This document shows, in pieces, positions 33,102-40,147 of a stretch of 40,147 bases of DNA; position 1 is the first letter of the stretch; each line of letters starts with the position of its first letter. The notes beneath the pieces were generated by a model. That model worked only from the letters and a program-made list of their open reading frames with translations. It had not been told where the DNA came from and ran no database searches. This DNA comes from Caecitellus pseudoparvulus (Eukaryota; Protista; Bigyra: Bicosoecida). The translations under genes and the position numbers were made by a program. The stretch covers positions 1 to 40,147 of the forward strand of contig CBFFRQ010000144.1 of assembly GCA_965644315.1 (NCBI GenBank), in the 5' to 3' direction.

Positions 33102-34643
33102 ATGAGTATGAAACCGAAAATTTCTATGAAAAATAGAAAATCATACTATAAAAAGGAACTAACATTTAGTAGTAGTAAATCTTTTGTAAGGAATTTTATT
33201 ATTGAAATTCAAGATGTAGAAGACCTAAAAAATGAAGATTTTTATATACACATAATGTTATATTTTACTCATGAAAAAGAAAGTAATGAAGAATATTTAA
33301 ATCATATTAAGTTAAATATAGACCTTTATTACAATTTAAGAAAAGTTTTATCTTCAGATTTACTAAATGATTATTTTCAACAAAGTGAAAATATTAATTT
33401 ATATGATGAAAGGAATGAATTTAATACAACATATGGTGCGTCACGGATTGGTGGATCAGGGTTGGTTTGAACTCCAGGGGCCCCTGTGATTTGTCACCAG
33501 CGGAGTCGATTTCCACAGTGAGGAGGTGTTGTGCAATATGAATTTACCAGCGCCTCCCATCCACTCATGTATGCCTTGTTGGGTGTTCTTTTTTTCGTGC
33601 AACTGAGGGTGCGGCAGTACGCGGGTGTTTGTAGCCGTTTGTGCTCGTGTCTCGATCGGCAGCCCTGCCCCAGCGCAACGTAGGCCCGCTCGTTCGCCTA
33701 AAACGGATACTCATCTGTTTCTCCGCTTTGCACTGAATTGCCACTCAGTGCCTTGGTCTTGGTACTTTCCTCAGCAAGTCTCGAGCACAGTTTGAATGGT
33801 GAGCATAACGGCAAGATTTTGAGCGTTGCTCACAGGTCAAGGTCTCCCCTACCGTGAAAGCAGGCGGGACTTCAAGCCCAAGGGAGGCTAGATCGGCGTG
33901 CGAAGTCACAAAGGGGGACTGCATTGAGTCCACCGGAGCACACCATTCTTGCAGCTGTGAGGGTTTGAAACGGTGTGCGGAAATCGCTACGCATACCGTC
34001 ACACTTCCCCCCCTCCTTTGCCAAATAGGCGATTCTCTACAACACAAAGGACGCCCCGGTGACGGGGGGCATGTTGGGCACAACTCCTGGCTCACTTTCC
34101 TTCTCTTGTCTGTCTCGGGAGCGCCCCTTTGACCCGAGTGGTGCAAACAACCTACAAAGTCCAGCTACCATGCTCTCTGAATTGGGCATCCCCGTGGATG
34201 GACACATCCTGGGCGACGCAATCCTGCGCCTTTCGAACAGAAATGCCCCCGTCTTTGTATTGGACCCCGCTCTCATCCCCGAATTCTCCTTCCAGAAGCT
34301 GGACAGTCATGGACTGTGCTCCCGGCCGAAGTGCAAGGCACATGCATCAGCCGTGTTTCATGCTACCCACTGCATGTTTTACCATGCAACAAGGAAGAAC
34401 CTGAACAAGGCACACGCTGAGTTCCAAGACGTGTTCACTGAGCGTGTGAGTAAAGACAATTTTTCATTTGTAGCGTTTAAGTTAGAAAAGAAAAAGCATT
34501 TTTATGGATATAATTGCTTAACTGATGATCAATTTAATTGGTTATGGTTCATTATACATGAGTATATTAGTAGACATATGAAAAGTGGAACTAAAAATTC
34601 ACGTAGTAGATACATGAACGCAATACTAAAAAATAAAGTATAA
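33102..34643 (+). pseudogene. Viral hypothetical gene interrupted by a ~1 kb GC-richer insert
   Basis: AT-rich ORF halves 33102-33434 and 34446-34643 are in the same frame. Removing 33435-34445 (1011 nt) gives ...NEFNTTY-VSKDNFSF... Confidence 0.6.
33435..34445. mobile_element. GC-richer foreign insert inside the viral element (TE remnant or captured host DNA)
   Basis: Sharp composition boundaries; no TIR or clear TSD; contains an ATG ORF start at 34170. Confidence 0.7.
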
Positions 34644-34689
34644 GAGTATAGTATAGGGGTTTAGTGTTTTCCCCCTTTGAGTTTTATAG

Positions 34690-34720
34690 AATTATCTTCA
34701 TAATAATTATGAGGAGAATT
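34690..34720 (+). terminator. Intergenic hairpin, possible 3'-end signal
   Basis: AATTATCTTCATAAT-A-ATTATGAGGAGAATT, an imperfect palindrome ~47 nt after the stop at 34643. Confidence 0.35.
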
Positions 34721-34737
34721 TAAAAAATAAAAAAATT

Positions 34738-34750
34738 ACTTAAAGATAAA
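34738..34750 (+). promoter_or_regulatory. Conserved viral upstream motif
   Basis: ACTTAAAGATAAA, starting 38 nt before the helicase ATG. Confidence 0.75.
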
Positions 34751-34775
34751 TTTCGTATTGTAATTATAATAGCAA

Positions 34776-36479
34776 ATGGTCGTATTCAGTGTAATGACAA
34801 TTAAGAATTTACTTAATGAAAACAAAATAGAAGATGTCAAAGAGTATGTGCAAAAATACTTTTTTAAGACAACAGATAGTTATTTTTTTAAGAATGTGCA
34901 AACTGGGAAATATGATAACTTCAAGCAAAAAGACTTGAGACAATATATTCCAAAAGATTTAAACAATAAAGAATATATTGAAGAGAACAATATAAAATCA
35001 AATAGACAAACAAAATTCAATTTGTTTGATTACATGGTAAGTTCTGAATTTTGTGATTGTTCCAATAATGTACAATATGGTATATTTCCAGATACAGATG
35101 ATGATATTGTATCCATTACAAGAAATATTAAGGGTAAAGCCTTAATTCAAAAATATTTAAATATGGTTAAACCTTTACCTTTTGATTTAAGTGAATGTAA
35201 AGACATAAAAGAGAAAGATTTTTTAGAAGAAATTGAAGTTATTGATAATCATATTAAGGAAGTATTATGTGGGGGAAATATTGCTATGTTTGAATATGTA
35301 CGTTTATTTTTTGCTTTTTCAATTGCTGGTGTAAAGGTGCGAAAAGCAATCTTTATGTTGTCAGAAGAAAGAACCGGAAAAGGCATATATTTAAACTTCT
35401 TAGATCGTGTGCTTGGCGAAAGAATGCTTAAAACATCCTCAACCGAAACTATAACAAAGTACACAAAACCATTAGAAGGGGTTGTATTAGTAAATATTGA
35501 TGAGCTACCAGAACTAAGAGGAAATTTACTTATACAAGATAAACTGAAAGGATTAATAACTGAAGATAAATTTGATTGCCGTGATATGTACAGTGTAGGA
35601 TACACTCAAACAAATACATTTAACATAATTATAACGACAAATATTGAAGGATCAATTAATTTGAGTCAATCAAACAAAGAGCGGTATATATGCCCCGATG
35701 TATCAGACCATCGTAAAGGTGATTTTAAGTATTTCCAAAGTGTCATTAAGGCTATGAATTGTAAGGGGGTAATACCTGCATATTTTAATCATATGAGAAA
35801 GCTTTATGAAGAAAACAAAGATTTTAATTTTGATATTATGCCAAATTCAAGAACAAGGGATGAAAAAATTATATCTGCTCTTCCTCCTTTATACAAGTAT
35901 ATCAAAGATGAATTTATATTTAATAATGCTGATATGGATATAGAATGCAAGCAATTATTGGATGAATACAATACGAACGCAAAATTTAAAATGACCCTTC
36001 ATAGATTACACAAAGATTTAAAAAAGATAGGTATTATTAAAACTACTGTATCTGTAAATGGTTCAACAAAGAGAAAATTTATTGTACCTGTTGAAACATT
36101 ACGCAAAATATTTATAAGTAAAAGATGGTATGACCCAGAAATAGAAGATGATGAAGCACCAGAAGAAGAGGTATCAGTTGATGACATGGATTATATTAAA
36201 GTTTTGTATGCAAAACATCCTGAAAAGTTTAAAGAGTTTATGTCAATTTTAGAAGGGAAGAAACCAAAACCAATAACAGTAGAATCAAAAAAATCAAAAC
36301 CAAAAAAAGTTAAACTATCTGAAAACAAGAAAATATTCAAGAAAGAAAAGGAAGTCAAAGCAAAAGCAAAAAAAAAGAAAACAGAAAAGGAAATTAAAGA
36401 ATACAAAAAGAAAGCAACAAAAGCAAGTAAGAACGGAAAATTAATAACTAAAGAAAATGATAATTTAGGAATTTTTTAA
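34776..36479 (+). CDS. D5-like superfamily 3 helicase
   Basis: HIKEVLCGGN..F.YV pre-ATPase region, Walker A ERTGKG, Walker B LVNIDE, KLKGLITE, motif C IIITTN; Lys-rich tail. Confidence 0.88.
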   Translation: MVVFSVMTIKNLLNENKIEDVKEYVQKYFFKTTDSYFFKNVQTGKYDNFKQKDLRQYIPKDLNNKEYIEENNIKSNRQTKFNLFDYMVSSEFCDCSNNVQYGIFPDTDDDIVSITRNIKGKALIQKYLNMVKPLPFDLSECKDIKEKDFLEEIEVIDNHIKEVLCGGNIAMFEYVRLFFAFSIAGVKVRKAIFMLSEERTGKGIYLNFLDRVLGERMLKTSSTETITKYTKPLEGVVLVNIDELPELRGNLLIQDKLKGLITEDKFDCRDMYSVGYTQTNTFNIIITTNIEGSINLSQSNKERYICPDVSDHRKGDFKYFQSVIKAMNCKGVIPAYFNHMRKLYEENKDFNFDIMPNSRTRDEKIISALPPLYKYIKDEFIFNNADMDIECKQLLDEYNTNAKFKMTLHRLHKDLKKIGIIKTTVSVNGSTKRKFIVPVETLRKIFISKRWYDPEIEDDEAPEEEVSVDDMDYIKVLYAKHPEKFKEFMSILEGKKPKPITVESKKSKPKKVKLSENKKIFKKEKEVKAKAKKKKTEKEIKEYKKKATKASKNGKLITKENDNLGIF

Positions 36480-36486
36480 TTAAATG

Positions 36487-36499
36487 ACCTAAGGATAAA
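36487..36499 (+). promoter_or_regulatory. Conserved viral upstream motif
   Basis: ACCTAAGGATAAA, starting 37 nt before ATG 36524. Confidence 0.75.
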
Positions 36500-36523
36500 T
36501 TACGTATTTACGATATATTAGAT

Positions 36524-36868
36524 ATGGTAAATATGAATAAGTATATTGTAAGAAGAAATGAAGAGAAGGTAGGAGGACATACTCAACATGATATGTATAT
36601 TGAAGCAAAGGATGGAGAAGAAATAAATTTTGATAGCATTAAAGAACTATATGGTCATATTGTTCCCAAGATAGATAAAAAGTATGATGTTGATGAACTT
36701 GTTGTACTTGGACTTCGTAAAGATGGTATTATGAATATTAAAGGGTATGGTTCAACAATTGACGAAACATTGGATAATTTAGATGAGTACTTAAATGGTA
36801 AAGTAAAAGTACAATCAAAATTTCAATCTGTAAGATCATTAACTATTTCATGGTTAGTGGAAGAATAA
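36524..36868 (+). CDS. Viral hypothetical protein (114 aa)
   Basis: ATG ORF preceded by the conserved upstream motif. Confidence 0.75.
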   Translation: MVNMNKYIVRRNEEKVGGHTQHDMYIEAKDGEEINFDSIKELYGHIVPKIDKKYDVDELVVLGLRKDGIMNIKGYGSTIDETLDNLDEYLNGKVKVQSKFQSVRSLTISWLVEE

Positions 36869-36880
36869 AATAATAAAATG

Positions 36881-36893
36881 ACTTAAAGATAAG
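36881..36893 (+). promoter_or_regulatory. Conserved viral upstream motif
   Basis: ACTTAAAGATAAG, starting 31 nt before the PolB ATG. Confidence 0.75.
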
Positions 36894-36911
36894 ATTAGTA
36901 TTTTATAATAT

Positions 36912-38150
36912 ATGATAGTATATTATAAAGACTCAGTATCAAGAACTTATTTTTCATATGATGGAGGAAAGGTAAAGAAGAGCTACAAAAAACCAAATGG
37001 GTATGAGATGTTAAAGAGCTTTGGAATAGATGCAGATGAAAACGGACTCATAGAGTATTATGAAAAGATTCAAGAATATTCAAATGAATTAGAAAAATAC
37101 TTATCCAATATACCAAGTACACGAAATCCTAAACGAATGTTATTTAAAGGACTGGATCTAAGATTCTTTAAAGAGGATGGATGTAATACCTCACTAATGA
37201 ATACTTTACTGATCAATACACGCAAAGATAAGAAGAATTTGAAATCCTATGAACATATGACATATGAAGAATATAAATTTATGGATCAATCATATGATTC
37301 AGGTTTAATAGCAGGTACACCATACAAAGGTAAAGTATATGCTTATGATCAAAAGAAATTTTATTCAATGACTTATGGATGTAGAAAAAGAAACTTTAAG
37401 TTTCCAGTAAAAAGAGGAAGATTTGAAACATTAACAGAGACACCCGAAAAGTTTGAATATGGATATTATCATATTAAAGTTGTTTCATCAGATCCAAGAG
37501 CAAAATTTCTTATTGGCTTTTCTAAGAAGAATTATTATGATCATTTTACATTGAATAAACTGAAATTCTTTCGTGATTGGGTCGGTCTAAGTCTTAAATG
37601 GGAAATTATACAGGATGGTAAACCAAATGCTTTAATATATGATAATGATACATTAGTAGATTCACATATTATTTTTGGATGGTATCAAGATATACTCATG
37701 AAAGCAAATGATAAGCTATCAAAGAACCCTCTTATTAAGTTTATGTTAAATAATATGTTTGGATATCAAAAGATTAAACATCGGCCAATTTATAGAAAAC
37801 TATCAAGTATTCAAAGCAAAACCGAAGAGGAGCAAAAGAATATTTTACCAATTCTTAGTAAGTCTTATGTAAACAAGAAAGGTGAACGTGTGTATTATAC
37901 AGTAAAAAGAGAGCGTATATTCTTATATACAACTGCAAGAATGGGATATTTTCTACCTGCCACTTGTAGAGCTAAGATGTCAAATTTAATAGCTCCAATT
38001 CTTGATGATGTAGTAAGGATATATATTGATGGTTTCATATGTAAAAAGAATCATGATGAAGTAATAACAAAGTTTATTTGTCAGGATCATAAGTACCACA
38101 ATAAGACAATAGATATTAAAAGCTCACAAACAATTTACTTTTTGGATTGA
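36912..38150 (+). CDS. Divergent, short family B DNA polymerase-like protein
   Basis: Motif A-like VYAYDQKKFYS, motif B-like KFMLNNMFG, motif C-like RIYIDGF, in the correct order; no evident exonuclease domain. Confidence 0.72.
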   Translation: MIVYYKDSVSRTYFSYDGGKVKKSYKKPNGYEMLKSFGIDADENGLIEYYEKIQEYSNELEKYLSNIPSTRNPKRMLFKGLDLRFFKEDGCNTSLMNTLLINTRKDKKNLKSYEHMTYEEYKFMDQSYDSGLIAGTPYKGKVYAYDQKKFYSMTYGCRKRNFKFPVKRGRFETLTETPEKFEYGYYHIKVVSSDPRAKFLIGFSKKNYYDHFTLNKLKFFRDWVGLSLKWEIIQDGKPNALIYDNDTLVDSHIIFGWYQDILMKANDKLSKNPLIKFMLNNMFGYQKIKHRPIYRKLSSIQSKTEEEQKNILPILSKSYVNKKGERVYYTVKRERIFLYTTARMGYFLPATCRAKMSNLIAPILDDVVRIYIDGFICKKNHDEVITKFICQDHKYHNKTIDIKSSQTIYFLD

Positions 38151-39145
38151 TTCTTCTTTTTTTCTTCATATTCCTTTACTATATCTGGAACTTGTTTTTT
38201 AATTCTTATTTTGTTTTCCCAAGTTGCATTTTTCTTAGGAAAACCTTTCCACCATACTTTATATTGTCCTCTCCTATCATCTATTATTTCTCTGACTTCA
38301 AATGTTTCTTCACCACTGGCTAGTTTAAGTTCTGATTCTGCAAATGATACATTTGGTAAATAATTTAATTGATATCGTACTGGAACATTTCCTTTATATG
38401 CCAGTATTTGTTTAATTTTTCTAGCTTTCTTACTAAATCTTCTATCTCCTGTTCTAAATCCTCCTTGAACGGGATTTCCTAATGAATCTTCGGCCTGAGA
38501 TGGTGTCAGCTTATAATATACAAGATCACCTATTTTAAATTTTGGAGAGATCATCTTAATTTTTGCAAATTTAAATTTGTTTGGTTCAACTTTTCTTATT
38601 TTGTTTAATTTAGTTCTTACCTGAGATAAAATATCTGTCCATTCTCTATAAGGTTTATTAGTTTCTTCTTCTTTTTTGTTCATGTATCCATTAAATAGTC
38701 TTCCAAGTGTTTTATTTAATCTTTCCACATTTGCCATTTGCTGATGTCTTCCTTTCATTGCTGTTTTTTTCAGAATGGATTCATCAAATAGAAATTTGGC
38801 AAAATCACCCTTAAATTCTCCTCCTCCATCTGTTCTTATGCTTGCTTCTGGTAAATTAATATGTTTTCGTTTAATCATCTTTTTAAATGCACCTAAAACA
38901 GTATTTGGTCTTTTAGTTTTTAGTGGTTCAATATCAAATTCATTAGTCCATAAGTCAACAACAACTAATAAATATTTAAATCCTTCTTTGGTCTTTGGTA
39001 GCTCTAATAAATCAGCTTGAAAATTATAATCTTCTTCGGGATAGATTACCCCTTTAACTTTTGTAAACTGAGTTTCTTTAGGTTGTGGTTTAGTAAAAGT
39101 CTCATCAATTCCCAGTTCAGATATTAACTCTTTTATTTTGCTCAT
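38135..39145 (-). CDS. Retroviral-type (rve) DDE integrase with C-terminal chromodomain
   Basis: FQADL (D), YLLVVVDLWT, IRTDGGGEF (D), NVERLNKTL (E); FKIGDLV SH3-like region; chromodomain FEVREII..YKVWWKGF...ATWE. Confidence 0.93.
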   Translation of the reverse strand: MSKIKELISELGIDETFTKPQPKETQFTKVKGVIYPEEDYNFQADLLELPKTKEGFKYLLVVVDLWTNEFDIEPLKTKRPNTVLGAFKKMIKRKHINLPEASIRTDGGGEFKGDFAKFLFDESILKKTAMKGRHQQMANVERLNKTLGRLFNGYMNKKEEETNKPYREWTDILSQVRTKLNKIRKVEPNKFKFAKIKMISPKFKIGDLVYYKLTPSQAEDSLGNPVQGGFRTGDRRFSKKARKIKQILAYKGNVPVRYQLNYLPNVSFAESELKLASGEETFEVREIIDDRRGQYKVWWKGFPKKNATWENKIRIKKQVPDIVKEYEEKKKNQSKK

Positions 39146-39167
39146 TATATAATTAATTAATAAAATA

Positions 39168-39180
39168 ACTTAAGGATAAA
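39168..39180 (+). promoter_or_regulatory. Conserved viral upstream motif
   Basis: ACTTAAGGATAAA, starting 30 nt before ATG 39198. Confidence 0.75.
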
Positions 39181-39197
39181 ATGCGTTTTAAGACGTA

Positions 39198-39482
39198 ATG
39201 AATAGATTCACACAAGAAATAAAGAAAGTTAAGAAAATGATGATCAATGAAACGGACGAAGAGAAACTACGAAAAATGAAATATGTCATACAGGACATCA
39301 AAAGGTATAAAAAGAAAATGGATACATTGTTCTTGCAATTGGAGGATAATCCAGCCCATGAAGTAGATATTGATAATTTACATGATGAATTTACATCATT
39401 TCAAGATAGCTATCCGGAATACATAGAATACTATGATGAATACTATGAATCAGATTCGGAAGATGAATTAATAATTAAATAA
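39198..39482 (+). CDS. Viral hypothetical protein (94 aa, acidic tail)
   Basis: ATG ORF preceded by the conserved motif. Confidence 0.7.
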   Translation: MNRFTQEIKKVKKMMINETDEEKLRKMKYVIQDIKRYKKKMDTLFLQLEDNPAHEVDIDNLHDEFTSFQDSYPEYIEYYDEYYESDSEDELIIK

Positions 39483-39486
39483 AATA

Positions 39487-39499
39487 ACCTAAGGATAAA
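39487..39499 (+). promoter_or_regulatory. Conserved viral upstream motif
   Basis: ACCTAAGGATAAA, starting 37 nt before ATG 39524. Confidence 0.75.
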
Positions 39500-39523
39500 A
39501 TACGTTTTAAAGGATATACTAAA

Positions 39524-39832
39524 ATGAAAATTGTTAATGCGAGATATTGTACTTTAAATGGAAAGCTATTGACTTGTCCCAGACAGAACACATCTATCAG
39601 ATTTGAAGATAAAGAATTAATTCTAACATTCACAACTCCCTTATTTATAACTAACGTTCATGCATATGATTTTAAGAGCTGTGTAGAGGTAGATTCAGCA
39701 AGCTATAATGTAATACTAAATTTTCCAGATATTGGAGTATCACTTGTTTATAAGTTTACTAAATCAGGATTTGAAAAAATTAATGATGCAATTAATGAGA
39801 GATTAAAACTTATTGGTGAATCAGAAAAATAA
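39524..39832 (+). CDS. Viral hypothetical protein (102 aa)
   Basis: ATG ORF preceded by the conserved motif. Confidence 0.7.
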   Translation: MKIVNARYCTLNGKLLTCPRQNTSIRFEDKELILTFTTPLFITNVHAYDFKSCVEVDSASYNVILNFPDIGVSLVYKFTKSGFEKINDAINERLKLIGESEK

Positions 39833-39887
39833 CTCAATTTATTATTTCAAGAAGCAAAACATAATTATTTATATTTTGTTTCAAGTA

Positions 39888-40067
39888 CTATTCTTTCATT
39901 TTATTTTGATCATCCAATACATCAATAATTATTTTTATTCCAAAAGTTTCAATGAGATCTTTTGTATTCTGTTCAATGATTTTTTCTCTTTTTTCTTGAA
40001 TGGCTTTCGTCATAATGGAATACCAGATGCCATTGTGTTTTCTCCTTTGCTTTGATCTTGAAATCAT
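39888..40067 (-). CDS. Small viral hypothetical protein (59 aa)
   Basis: ATG at 40067 preceded by TATATAAT; charged composition like the other viral ORFs. Confidence 0.45.
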   Translation of the reverse strand: MISRSKQRRKHNGIWYSIMTKAIQEKREKIIEQNTKDLIETFGIKIIIDVLDDQNKMKE

Positions 40068-40087
40068 ATTATATAAGTAATATATAA

Positions 40088-40147
40088 ATGACAGAATTTT
40101 CAAAAACTGTTTATTCAATGACAGAATTTAAAAAAGACTTTGAAACA
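40088..40147 (+). CDS. Start of a viral ORF running off the window (MTEFSKTVYSMTEFKKDFET...)
   Basis: TATATAA-ATG and an open frame to the window end. Confidence 0.45.
   Translation, partial: MTEFSKTVYSMTEFKKDFET

Larger units (their letters stand above)
32649..40147. mobile_element. Endogenous Polinton/mavirus-like DNA virus, left part (continues beyond the window)
   Basis: Abrupt GC-rich to AT-rich switch; compact intronless ORFs; SF3 helicase, PolB-like protein and rve integrase with chromodomain, the combination seen in mavirus and related Polinton-like elements. Confidence 0.9.

Noticed and set aside
33436-34455. Insert read as a spliceosomal intron (starts GTGCGT; an AAG at 34455 would restore the frame)
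   Set aside because: Host introns here are 65-112 nt and end in CAG; this would be 1020 nt with a weak acceptor. Not excluded without RNA data, but insertion is more likely.
40087-40129. AATGACAGAATTT direct repeat as a regulatory element
   Set aside because: Explained by a repeated MTEF peptide at the start of an ORF beginning at 40088
32649-40147. Bacterial or phage contamination, or an LTR retrotransposon
   Set aside because: A chromodomain-bearing rve integrase is eukaryotic; there is no RT/gag or LTR, and the helicase and PolB indicate a DNA virus-like element

Overview
Eukaryotic DNA, probably from a GC-rich flagellated protist: short 65-112 nt introns mostly with GTGCG donors, UBA1, and a TTLL tubulin glutamylase. 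A bicosoecid (Cafeteria-like) host is a plausible inference only. Bases 1-22.7 kb hold host genes: class 3 lipase, Mpv17/PMP22, a frameshifted UTP20-like 3' fragment, RsuA-type pseudouridine synthase, SLC5-like transporter, TTLL, UBA1, and two genes with 38-aa ankyrin arrays that have a fixed framework and variable positions. Bases ~23.45-28.5 kb are an apparently intact ~5 kb DNA transposon with ~30 bp TIRs, a possible ~13 bp TSD and a spliced Zn-finger plus DDE transposase. A decayed copy of that transposase and a P-loop NTPase gene follow. At ~32650 the sequence switches abruptly to very AT-rich DNA: the left end of an endogenous Polinton/mavirus-like DNA virus inserted into a WD40-like host ORF. 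It encodes an SF3 helicase, a minimal divergent PolB and an rve integrase with a chromodomain. Its plus-strand genes share a conserved upstream motif, ACYTAARGATAA. Its first gene is interrupted by a ~1 kb GC-richer insert. No capsid or packaging genes are in the window, so the element class cannot be fixed.
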